From the human T2T-CHM13v2.0 reference genome, Homo sapiens, in the NCBI RefSeq assembly GCF_009914755.1, contig NC_060932.1: a DNA stretch of 64,000 nt. One strand, given 5' to 3'. The notes under the pieces were generated by a model. The model was not told where the DNA came from. It saw nothing but the letters and a program-made list of their open reading frames with translations, and searched no databases. The translations under genes and the position numbers were made by a program. Every line of letters begins with the position of its first letter. Position 1 is the first letter of the stretch. Shown here one piece after another: positions 29,510-42,486 of this stretch.

Positions 29510-30750
29510 GATCTTTAGTTCCTGATAGAAGCCTTAATCCTCACAGCTGTGGACAGCGTTGTCAGCTGAAGGCTCACAGTGAGTCTCTCAAGGAGATTGC
29601 CTACACTTTCCTCAGGACTTGCCCTCAGCCAAAGATTGCTTCTTTGCTTAAGGTGAGTCTTGCCGTCTGGGAGGAGCTGCAGCCAGTGATTTTTTTTCCA
29701 GGATACAGCATATGATACCTCAATTCTGGGCAAATTTCAAGAACTTTCCAACCTCCAGATTCCCTATGATATTGGCTGGGTCGTTTCTTCCAAGGGCATC
29801 GTAGTTTGCCTCCCTGTAACCAGCCTTGTCCTTTTACTCACCCACATCTATCACTGGAGTGCTCTCCATACATTTCCTGCCAGAGTATCTCAACCTCAAA
29901 GACTAGTTTCCAGAGAATCCCACCTCAGACACTTCATACTAAAACTAGTCTGAAGAAGAAGACTTTATAGTGAGATTTTACAGGTGCATAACGTCTCTTG
30001 CCAATTGTCTGACCCTCCCTGGTCTGGAGTGGATTTTGAGTAGACCGTAGCATGCAGTAGCCATGTGGCTGTTAAAACTTCCACTGGTGGAGAATGGGAA
30101 TAGGGGAACAGTGGAAGAGAATGCACTAGCAGTTGCAATATCCCCGGCAGCTGATAGATGTGTGGGAAGTCATAATTAAAGAGTAAAGAAATTAGGTGGT
30201 TCTTAGTAAATGCTATGGATGTACTAATGAAAGGAAAGAGTGATTACTTACCACATTAAGGAAAAAGTGACAGGCATTTGGACATCTCTGGTAACATGCA
30301 AACAGAATTCCTGTCTCCCGCCTTTGAAAGGATCAGACCTAGGACGTAATTATAAAGGTCATGAAACTCTGGATAGAGTTGGTGTATGATCTGTAGCAAT
30401 GCTCTACACCAAAGTCAGACCCCGGATGGGAAGGATTGAGATCCGAAGACATGGGATGTAGACATCTGGGCTGCTGCTCGGGACGTCCCCAAGGACATGG
30501 ACCTCCAAATCTCCCTGGACTTTGGGATCCTGCAAAACGGCCCCACTTCCACCTACTAAAGTCTTGAGCTTCACCTGTCAGATGTTCAGAGACAACGGGG
30601 AGACAATGTGTGCTCCTTCAAGTTCTGCCCCACCTCCCCTCATCTCCATGAGAGAAAAATGAGGGTCGATCATAAAACAACCTGACACAGAATGTGTTGA
30701 CCCCAAGATGAGAAAAGAGGCCGTACCCAGAAGAAGCTTCAGGACATAGC
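29510..30750 (+). mobile_element. Ancient ERVL LTR (LTR16/33-like) plus internal remnant
   Basis: LTR-type end 'tttccagagaatcccacctcagaca' at ~29931 followed by degenerate ERVL-internal-like sequence. Confidence 0.45.
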
Positions 30751-30764
30751 ACCGATTGTTGGAG

Positions 30765-30885
30765 TGGGCACCAATACAATCTGATTGGTGTCCTTATAGA
30801 AACAGAAATTAAAGCATAGAGATGAACAGAGGGAAGCCCCCAGGGAAGAAACAGAGAAGGTGGCCATGGGCTGGCTGGAGACACC
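30765..30885 (+). mobile_element. MLT1 fragment
   Basis: 'aatctgattggtgtccttatagaaacagaaatt...agagaaggtggcc'. Confidence 0.55.
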
Positions 30886-32983
30886 TTAGCTTTCTTCTTT
30901 TAAAAATGGGCACTGTCCAGTGTCATTTTAATAATATAGTCAACTGGGATATAGCACTTAAAGGAACAGGCCTTATCAAATAGCAGTTGCTTTTATGATT
31001 AAAATGTATTACATATATACAGTTTATTGTATAATAAATCTCTCTTTATTGTATGTTATTTAAAAAACACATTCGCTATAAATGAACCTAAAGTTGTCTA
31101 TTTAAGTTTGCTTGTCTGTTTTTTAAAATGTGATTTTCAATATTCAAATGAGAAAAATCCTAATTCCTCAATAAAGAAGCCAAAAGTAAAGAACACAAGT
31201 CTGAGAAACCTGTGGTGTTTGGAATATTATTCTAATGACACAAAGCCTTCTTACCCACTCCCATCAGATCTTATTCTTCATAGGAGAACTTACCAGTTAA
31301 TAAATTAAAAACTGTGGGATTGCTCTTAGCTACCAGCTGGTATCAGGTAGGACATGTGGGCACACTTACCTAAGTGTTTCCTCATTGCATTAAGCTCTTT
31401 CTTTGTGGGGAACACGTAAGCCATTCCTCACAAGGATAAAAGTTTAAAAAGGGAGCAAACACTTGTTCACAAGAATGCTTTTCAAGGTTTTTATTTGTAT
31501 TTAATAGGGAAATACTATAAATTATAAATAATGCTGAATGCATTGTCAAAAATTCACTTTATAAGAAATCTACCAAAACTATTTAGAAGTAACTAACATT
31601 TTTACAAAATCATATATACAATGAAATACCATCAAAATAAATATGTATCTACACGTTTGACATTTTCTAGAGTATCTGTCAAAATGCTATGAGTGGTTTT
31701 TTGGATCATGAAGTTATGTATTTCCGTTACCTAATTATTCACCCTAAAACGTATTTTTCTATCATTAAGACTGTATTATTACTAATAAAAACAAGAGAAA
31801 AGTTATATTTACATATTGTATTTATGAAATTTCTCATTTTTTGAACACTCTGAGACTGAAAACTTGCTCTTGTAGGAAAAAAAACACTTTATTTTTGTCC
31901 AATAAAACATTTATGAAGTTTCTCTTCTTCACAAAGTCTCTGCTGGTCATGTATATACTTGATCTCAAAGACATAAACATTAAATGCCGTTCTTGTTACA
32001 ATCATCGTCTTTCATGAAATTCCGCTCTGGTGTGAGTCCTTTGAATTGAAGGTATGAGCGCAAATGGAACCTTTTATCCCACTTACCATATTAATAAGCT
32101 TTATTTCCTCCATAGGACCACAGATCCTTACCTAACTCTCATCTTTAAATGTGTTTTCTCTGTATGAAGCATTTGTACAACATATTTCCCAAGCGTTCCT
32201 TCATGCATCTGTGGGCAATGCATTCTAATTTTCCATTGTGAATTGCATGCTTGTTACTAGGCCCCGGGGGGCTGCTGTCCTGCCGTGCATTTCAGCATTT
32301 CAGCTGTCCATTACGAATAACGCGGCCACCTGTAGAGTATGACGCTATTTGCTCTTCAGGTGAGGCAAAAGTGCCTACCTAAGAACGCTTCTGTGCATTC
32401 CTTCCTTCGAACATTCTCTAGTTAACAAACTGATGTCTCACTTTTGACCATTCCTTGAGTAGTCTTTATTCCCAAAGACATAAAACATAAATACTTAAGA
32501 TTTTCAATTCCTGGAGTCTCCTCTGTGAAGGCACATCTCATTCCTCTAATTTCTGAAAACAAGAGAGCAGTCTCCTTCTGGAGAGCTGGGTGCATCTTAT
32601 TTGTATTGATTGTTGGAGAAGCGTTGTTGAGGTGTCAACATGCGGTTCTGGCTCTCAGACATCTTTGGCTTTCAGAGGCCTAAGTGATCACTGTTAGGCA
32701 TTCTGGACAAAAACATAGATCAACATGTTTCAAGCAGTTAAATCATGGACCCAAGTGATTTGACTTTCAAGGTAGTTTTCAGTCAATTTTCATAATGGCC
32801 CCAGATCACTATAGTTCTTTATTGAAAGCTTGTTCTACCCTGCTTTCTGAGAACTCTAAGTTTTTCCATTCTTGCTCAGTAAAGTGGCTGGTGTGATCTG
32901 CACATTTTACTAATATTTGGGTGAAGGTCACAATCTAGAGGAGTGTGAACTCTTGTAGGGGAAAAGAACCAACAATTCATTAG

Positions 32984-32987
<4 letters not shown>

Positions 32988-33024
<37 letters not shown>
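32988..33024. repeat. (TG)~18 microsatellite
   Basis: Perfect dinucleotide run. Confidence 0.97.
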
Positions 33025-33480
33025 TATGAAAACACTCTACTAGCATCTTCCTCCAAAATTGACAATATTAAGAAGCCAAATAAAAAGTAAACAAACAAAA
33101 ACTATGTCTCACCCCTAATTTATTCTGAGGTGTGTTTACTGCATACCATTAAGCATTTTCTAATTAGTCTCCATAATTATAATTGAAGGGAAAACACATG
33201 TGTAGTAAGTATTTGGTGTTACTTTTATAAAATATTTTATACTGCAATAAATAGAAACAAAAATGGGGGTGATAAGTTCTATATAACTTGTATCTAATCA
33301 TAATGAAGTGTAACATATAGAGTCTAAAATACCTCCTAAAGGCATTTCATTCTTCCTCCGTGTTGGAATGCATTGTTTATCAGAATATTCTAATAAAATT
33401 TAAAATACACAAATATGTGTTTTTCTTCCATAAATGTGCTATAAATTTGCCTATAAAGTGGAAAAAAGAAATAAAAAGAG

Positions 33481-33810
<330 letters not shown>

Positions 33811-36004
33811 TCACAATGTATACTTAGTAGATATTGCATAGGGCTCCACTATTTTCTAAATTGAGATTTTCATAAGCTGTTAGTCTTTACCCCATTAAGC
33901 AGCATATGTATGATTCATCATGTTTTTAAATAGAAAATTTATCCCATGCTGTTGTACTGTCAACTAGGATATAATGTCATAAAAATATCATTAAATGGTT
34001 CATGCTAAGACCAAAAGGATACCTGTGTTGTTATGGCAGGAAAGTCCATTTTGACACAACATACCAGGTAGCCGATAAGAATTGATTTGCCTCAGGAGGT
34101 GTTGTCTAGTCAGAGAATAAACAATGAATTAGGTGTGGACCTCACATTATAGTTTTTTCTTACAACTAATCAGTCGTGAGACGTTGCCAAAGTTGCTATC
34201 TTACAAGATCTTGGTTTCCTTCTCTGTAGAATGCGTAGCTTGAAATGTTTTTATTCTAATGTCTCTTCAGTTATGGCATCTGAATCACAAACGCATCTTC
34301 AATGTCTAGAACAGTGCCTAATTGAATGTATTTAATTCAATAAAAATGTATTGAGTTTAGTGTTAAATGCAGAGAAAGACACCAAGAGCTAAAGATAAAA
34401 TTGTGGGCAGAAGCAGCAAACATTGTCCTAGAACGTGTCTTGTTTAATCTAGGTGGAGTTGGTCAGATATTCCAGCCTAAATGTTCTATGAGTCCAAATA
34501 ACCATAATTCATAACCATCTAAAATTTTGCCTTGGAAATTTTGTATGACAAGTGAAGTATGACCATAAACCACCATTTTCTCTGTTTAAATTTTCACTTG
34601 CAGATACGTGGGAGATTGCATATTTTCTTTTGTTAAGTTATTTATAGTTCTTCCTACTCCCTCAACCCCACCAAATATCTTAATTTTCAATTGTATTACT
34701 ATATCTTGTTTCACATGTACATTAAAAGGCAAAGTTCAGCTCTGTTTTATAAACGTCAGTCAAATCCCTCTACTAATTTTCTTAAACATGAAGTTTGTTG
34801 GGGTTTCTTTCACAAGAATTGGTTCTATGTTTAAAGTAATAAAAAGTGCTGTTTTCACATACAAATAAAAGAGAATATTGAGGTTAGTCCTTGGGTTTAA
34901 AATCCTAAAGATTATGAAACTTGGTCCTGACTTCCCTTTTCATGTACTGTTATCAATGACACAATGGGCTTGTTTGGTCTTAGATAAGATTTGTGAAAGG
35001 GAAAGGAAATGAACTAATATGTATTAAAGATCCGTGGGTGAAGCTGACATCCCCTGCAATTTAAACAAGAGAAGTTGCCAAACAGATCTTGCTGATAAAG
35101 ATTTTCCTAAGATCACTAATTTTGAATCCCTTTATAATACATAAGGAATGATTACTATGGCGTAGCAAATAATTCCAGACTGGTTTTTATAGCTAGAGAT
35201 CAGTATTGGTATCTTTACAATGCTAAGCTCAGGAATGAGTAATGGGTTATAATAGAGCCTTTTCAGTGACATTACCATGTTGCTCACTCACACATTTGAT
35301 GATTCTATCCCATGTTACATAATAAGGGCAAAATATCAAATTAAAATTTTTCATAGGTACATGATATATCCAGTTCCTTCACATAATTAAAAAATTAAAA
35401 TAAGATCTAAAGACCTTGTAGTTAGCTCAAGATTGCTTTTGCTGTATTGTGATTTTCTTGGGTTACAACATCTAAAACCACTGTTAATCTCGGAGAAGGG
35501 ATAATCATATAATCTAGCTACCTACCGAAATACCAACAGTCTACAAAGTATCTGAGAAACATAATTACATTTAACTTTTGAGATATGTGATAGTCATCCC
35601 ATTCTACAGAAAACTATGTCTGAAAGAGTTTTAAGTAATTTAGAGATGGCCTTGCAATCATTAACTTTCTCCTTCTGCCACTGAAATGCAAATCTCAAAA
35701 TCTATTGTCCCTCCACCTGAAGATTCACTTTTTATTGTAGAATGTTAGTGCAGAAATAGGAATAAAAGGTAGCTCCATGCCTTTCAATTTTTAATTTTCA
35801 ACTAAGGATCATTGTAATTATATATTTGATACTCTTTCAATTTTTCCTTAGGAATACTTTGTTTTTATTTTTCTTTTTTATGCAAATGTTTCTCCCACTA
35901 GATTGCAATCTTCTTGTGGGTGGAAAGTGGCTATTTCTAATCCATCATTTTATCATTCATTGCTCCGAGCATAGAAGTGCTGTCCCTCAACTTTGCCGTG
36001 GCAG

Positions 36005-36333
36005 TTTTTGTTGTTGTTGTTTAGAGACAGGGTCCTTCTCTGCGCACAGGCTGGAGTGCAGTGGTGCAATTATCACTCCTGGGCTCAAGTGATACCCTCT
36101 TCTCAGCCTCCCAAGTACCTAGGACTGCAGGTGTGCACCTGGATATTTTATTTTTATTTTTCTCTCTTTTTAAAAAAAATTTCAGTTTGTTCTCTCTCTG
36201 CGCAAAATCATTTTATTTATTTATTTATTTATTTTATTTTGTAGAGAAGGGGGTCTTGCTATGTTATCAGGCTGGTCTCTAACTCCTGGCCTCACAGCAT
36301 TGGAATTACAGGCATGAGCCACTGCACCTGGCC
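36005..36333 (-). mobile_element. AluJ with expanded middle linker
   Basis: Both arms present, internal deletions, ~100 bp T-rich linker. Confidence 0.8.
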
Positions 36334-38997
36334 CTCATGGTGATTTCTTGATAACTGAATTCAGTGTATCCCTGGAAATGCCAATTCCACCAAAGATTGA
36401 AAATGTATTTGTGTTATTTTAATGGAATTTAGCCAGTTGTGTTTGATAATTTTCCAAGTATTTAGTTAAATTTAAGAGTCAATTTTAGTAAGCTGATGAT
36501 TCTTTCTTTCTGCCTTCTCCTCCTCCACGTAGTTTCTATGATCTCACTTTTATGAGGAGGAGTTTGGTGTTCAGTTCCATATCCTGGTCTGGTCCTGGGT
36601 ACCTGTCCTTGGTCTGTCTAGTGGTGCTTCCTGGGCCCCACTGAGGTGTGTTTTCCCACCGGTTCCCTCACTGACTCACTGCTGATGGGTCCATGAGTGG
36701 AGCAGCTGGTTGTCTGTTTCCTCCCACAAGTTCAATATGTAGAGCCAGGCCCACGGGCACTGCTTCCTCCCCACTCCCTGTGATGTGGCCGATCCTCAAA
36801 GATGCAGGGCGTCTTCTCTCCCTTCTCCCTGGGTTACCCAGCTTATGCTCTTGGATATGGAGTCTCCTGGGTCTATATGGCAGCAATTCCCTAGCAGCAT
36901 GCTAATTCTCAATTCTTAGCCATCTTCTGTGTCTCCTATGAGGGCCATGGGACCTTTAATTGTCATATTTCATGCATGCTGGAGAGACAGAGAAGGAATG
37001 GTGAGTCAAATGTGTGCTGGGCATCTGCAGGTCCTCTGTCTGTAAACATTACATCGTCATTTTTATTCTACTGTGTGGTGGCCTCCTCAGAATTCCAAAC
37101 AGAAAGTGGAGGGAAAAGTTTCCTAACAATGAATCCATAAAACTTACATGGAGTTTCTAAGCCCCTGAAACCCGCCGGCACTTTTCTATCAAGAGCAAGC
37201 CACGGGAGGTAGGGCCCACTGCAGCCCCGATGCTTTCTTGATGGTTTCTCTGAATTTTCACTCCTTTCCACCCCCAGTCTCAGGTCCAAGAAAAAGGCTT
37301 TTATGGCACTCTTGTATCGCATGAGAAAGCTGTTTTTTTTTTTTTTCATACTTTTAATCTTACTAATGTTGTCGATTATAGTAAAAATTCTATGATAAGT
37401 TCACCAAACCTCTCTCTTGGTATTTCAAGTCCAGCACCGAGTGTTCTTTTCTCACAAGTTTTATAGGATGATAGACCTTCTTCAGAGTGTTTGAAAAGTC
37501 CTTTTTAAAAGTTAAAGCTGAAATGTGACTTCTTTGCTCTTGGCAGGGTTATACCTTTCCCAAGAACCAGTGAGGAGTAGCAACATTCATACTTTGTGAA
37601 TATCACTCATATAGCCTTAGTTTTTCCAGAAACAAAAATTCAAGAAAAAGTTATGTTCACAAATTCTGATCTGCTTCTCTCATTAACAACATTTATTAAT
37701 CAAACAGCAAATGTTTCTCAAGAGCCTATTATATACCAGGCCTTTCTAAATTCTGGGCTATGATACAGAACAAAAGACACAAAATATATAAAAAGAAACT
37801 TAAAAAAATTACACAATAAAAACATATACAAAGCCAATAAGCCCCAAAGATTTTAAGTAAGCAAGAGTTTACGTATTAAGACAAATGAATCTTCATCTTG
37901 TAGTCAATAATAATTGGAATCCTGCACTATAAAATTCCATGATTTCACAGAATTATAACCAAAAGAGATTTTACATTCATATAATATGCTAGTTGTTGCC
38001 AAGTTCATTGTACCATCTCTGCCTATCTTTATCTCCCAAGATCTTATAGGAGATTTGTGCTTAGCTCTCAATTACCAACTCCTTGCTTCATTTTCACTAC
38101 AGAAATAGTGGTAGAATTTTCCTCTTTATGTAAGATGTTTCCTAGTTAGACTGGATTTTGTATAAAAGTTTCATGAGAAAATCAAAGAGTGTCATTGTCT
38201 TCATATATTTTGTGTATATTGCTAATATAGACATTTTGGGCAATTTATTTTTTTAAATCCTCTTTACCAAACTGCCAGAATGGACAATTACTTGTTAATA
38301 ATAAATAACTACATTTAATCATTAAGTGCTATATTTAAGCATTAAGTGCTGCCCTAAGTCTATTGTTGTGAAGTATTTCTTAATTTATAGCATGACTCTC
38401 AAATTTTTAAGTTAACATCATACTCTGAAAATACACAGCAGGAAAATATAAAACACAATTAGATGCAGTTTCAGAAAAGGTTAGTCACTTTTTTGTCATT
38501 TCTGGACAGCGATAAAAGGTTGGGTAAAATTTAGTTTTATTTCAAAATTAGAAGAATGCGTTTTTCTATTACAAAGCTTTGTTACCAGTGGCAAATCCCA
38601 CAGATCTGCAGCAAACGCCATCTGATCCTTGCCTCCTTGGAGGAAAGAATTCTGCCGAGGGGCAGAAGTAAGTTTAAGGCAGGGGAAGAAACCAAGGTCA
38701 GTTTCTGAGCAGGACTGAGAGTTTGTCAAAAAAGTTTCAGAGCAGAAACGAAAGGAAGTAAATAAAGTACACTTGGAAGAGGGCCCAGCGGGTGACTTGA
38801 GAGATCCAAGTGCCCTATTTCATCCGTGACTTGGGGTTTTACACATCAGTGTGATTCTGGAGTTTGCAGTTCTGCTCGCTTGATTCTTCCCTTGGGGTGG
38901 GCTGTCTGCATGGGCAGTGGCCTGCCAGCACTTGGGAGGGTCCACATGCTCAGTGTGTTTACTGAAGTTGTGCACATGCTCACTTTAGGTGTTTTTC

Positions 38998-41476
38998 TTT
39001 TTTCTTTCTTATTTTTTAAAACTGTCTTAAGAAAGGAAAACCGGGATACATGTACATAACCTGCAGGTTTGTTACATAGGTACGCGGGTCCTGTGGTGAT
39101 TTGTTACATAGGTACGCGGATGCGGTGGTGCTTCGTTACATAGTTACACGGTTGCTGTGGAGGTTCGCTACATAGGTACATGGGTGCTGTGATGGTTCCT
39201 TACATAGGTACGCACGTGCCGTGGTGATTTGTTACATAGCTAGGCGGGTGCCGTGGTGCTTCATTACATAGTTACACGGGTGCCGTGGAGGTTCACTACA
39301 TAGGTACGCGGGTGCTGTGGTGGTTTGTTACATAGGTACGCAGGTGCTTTGCTACATAGGTAGGCGGGTGCCGTGCTGCTTTGTTACCTAGGTACGTGGG
39401 TGTGCAGTGGTTTGTTACATAGCTACGCGGGTGCCATGGCGGTTCGTTACATAGGTACGTGGGTGCCGTGGTGGTTTGTCACATAGGTAGGCGGGTGCTT
39501 TGTTACATAGGTACGCGGGTACCGTGGAGGTTCATTACATAGGTACCCACGTGCCGTGGTGCTTCGTTACATAGGTACGCGCGTGCCGTGGTGCTTTGTT
39601 ACATAGGTACGCGGGTACCGTGGCGGTTCATTACATAGGTACCCGCGTGCCGTGGTGCTTCGTTACATAGGTACGCGGGTGCCGTGGTGGTTCGTTACAT
39701 AGGTACGCGGGTACCGTGGTGGTTAGTTACATAGGTACGCGCGTGCCATGGTGCTTCGTTACATAGGTACGCGGGTGCCGTGGTGGTTCGTTACATAGGT
39801 ACGCGCGTGCCGTGGTGCTTCGTTACATAGGTACGCGGGTGCCGTGGTGGTTCGTTACATAGGTACGCGCGTGCCGTGGTGCTTCGTTACATAGGTACGC
39901 GGGTGCCGTGGTGGTTCGTTACATAGGTACGCGCGTGCCGTGGTGCTTCGTTACATAGGTACGCGGGTGCCGTGGTGGTTAGTTACATAGGTACGCGCGT
40001 GCCGTGGTGCTTCGTTACATAGGTACGCGCGTGCCGTGGTGCTTCGTTACATAGGTACGCGGGTGCCGTGGTGGTTCGTTACATAGGTACGCGGGTGCCG
40101 TGGTGGTTCGTTACATAGGTACGCGGGTGCCGTGGTGGTTAGTTACATAGGTACGCGCGTGCCGTGGTGCTTCGTTACATAGGTACGCGGGTGCCGTGGT
40201 GGTTCGTTACATAGGTACGCGCGTGCCGTGGTGCTTCGTTACATAGGTACGCGGGTGCCGTGGTGGTTCGTTACATAGGTACGCGCGTGCCGTGGTGCTT
40301 CGTTACATAGGTACGCGGGTGCCGTGGTGGTTCGTTACATAGGTACGCGCGTGCCGTGGTGCTTCGTTACATAGGTACGCGGGTGCCGTGGTGGTTCGTT
40401 ACATAGGTACGCGCGTGCCGTGGTGCTTCGTTACATAGGTACGCGGGTGCCGTGGTGGTTCGTTACATAGGTACGCGCGTGCCGTGGTGCTTCGTTACAT
40501 AGGTACGCGGGTGCCGTGGTGGTTAGTTACATAGGTACGCGCGTGCCGTGGTGCTTCGTTACATAGGTACGCGGGTGCCGTGGTGGTTAGTTACATAGGT
40601 ACGCGCGTGCCGTGGTGGTTCGTTACATAGGTACGCGCGTGCCGTGGTGCTTCGTTACATAGGTACGCGGGTGCCGTGGTGGTTCGTTACATAGGTACGC
40701 GGGTGCCGTGGTGGTTCGTTACATAGGTACGCGCGTGCCGTGGTTCTTCGTTACATAGGTACGCGCGTGCCGTGGTGCTTCGTTACATAGGTACGCGGGT
40801 GCCGTGGTGGTTCGTTACATAGGTACGCGCGTGCCGTGGTGCTTCGTTACATAGGTACGCGGGTGCCGTGGTGGTTCGTTACATAGGTACGCGCGTGCCG
40901 TGGTGCTTCGTTACATAGGTACGCGGGTGCCGTGGTGGTTGGTTACATAGGTACGCGCGTGCCGTGGTGCTTCGTTACATAGGTACGCGGGTGCCGTGGT
41001 GGTTCGTTACATAGGTACGCGCGTGCCGTGGTGCTTCGTTACATAGGTACGCGCGTGCCGTGGTGCTTTGTTACATAGGTACGCGGGTGCCGTGGTGGTT
41101 CGTTACATAGGTACGCGGGTGCCGTGGTGGTTAGTTACATAGGTACGCGCGTGCCGTGGTTCTTCGTTACGTAGGTATGCGCGTGCCGTGGTGCTTCGTT
41201 ACATAGGTACGCGGGTGCCGTGGTGGTTCGTTACGTAGGTACGCGCGTGCCGTGGTGCTTCGTTACATAGATACGCGGGTGTCGTGGTGGTTCGTTACGT
41301 AGGTACGCGCGTGCCGTGGTGCTTCGTTACATAGGTATGCGGGTGCCGTGGTGGTTCGTTACATAGGTACGTGGGTGCCGTGGTGGTTTGCTGCACTTGC
41401 TGCACCTGTTGACCGGTCCTCTAAGTTCCCTCCCTCACCCTCCACCCCTCAACAGACCCTGGTGTGTGTTGTTCCT
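38998..41476 (-). mobile_element. Short L1PA 3'UTR insertion (L1PA8A-like) that hosts the VNTR
   Basis: 'gggatacatgtacataacctgcaggtttgttacatagg' and 'gtcctctaagttccctccc...aacagaccctggtgtgtgttgttcc'; 16-bp TSD ACTT(T/G)AGGTGTTTTTC at 38982-38997 and 41477-41492. Confidence 0.85.
39068..41386. repeat. Minisatellite/VNTR, 32-bp unit TTCGTTACATAGGTACGCG(G/C)GTGCCGTGGTG(G/C), about 73 copies, CpG-rich
   Basis: Period of 32 read directly (e.g. 39661 to 39693); diverged edges, homogeneous core; ~59% GC, 4-5 CpG per unit. Confidence 0.98.
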
Positions 41477-42151
41477 ACTTGAGGTGTTTTTCATTTACCA
41501 CTTGACCATTCCTAGAGGAAGGTCATATACCAGTTAAACTCCACTATTTTGCTTCTTGGTGCCACGTTTGAGCCCACTCACCCAACCCCTGAAATCTTAT
41601 CAGAAGCTGCTGATCACCAGCGTCAGGTATTTTCTATCTCTTGGGAGACTATCTTTCCCTGGCACTGGCTGCAACTAATTATTACGTTACAGAGATAGTT
41701 TAATAACCACCTGACCATCGCTTAATGGTCACCTGACATTCCTGGGGGTTCCCTCTCCTGCCTTACTCATGTCCGCCTAACCTACCTACTCTAACAGCTT
41801 CTAAGAACGAGGAAACACGAACTAAAATAATCTTGTCGTTTTTCTTTGATTCATATTCTTTATTAAGTATCTAAATAACAATCTATGTTTCCAAGGGAGT
41901 TATACAAACCCTGAATTCTACAACAGAATAAATATTATTTCTACATGTTCCAAAGATCTTATTAAAGCACACACTCCATGTCTGAACAACTCTCTTAATA
42001 ACTGAGTGTCTGTCTGATCTTTCTATTTACTGGTGAATGCAGCTTGTCTGGTATTATCCTAGTAATTCCTCTGTGTACTTTATCAACCCTTTATGGTGCA
42101 ACATGAGAAGGAAAGGGGAGAGTTACTAACATTACAAAAAAAAAAAAAAAA

Positions 42152-42486
<335 letters not shown>

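Larger units (their letters stand above)
38580..41796 (-). mobile_element. MER50-like ERV1 solo LTR, split by the L1/VNTR (pieces 38580-38997 and 41477-41796)
   Basis: Termini TGTTA...TAACA with 4-bp TSD GCTT (38576-38579 and 41797-41800); reverse complement begins tgttagagtaggtagg, as MER50 does. Confidence 0.82.

Noticed and set aside
39068-41386. CRISPR array interpretation of the 32-bp repeat
   Set aside because: Units are head-to-tail with no unique spacers, there are no cas genes, the context is eukaryotic, and the unit derives from an L1 3'UTR
39068-41386. ZFP57 imprinting motif in the VNTR
   Set aside because: The unit has TGCCGT, not TGCCGC
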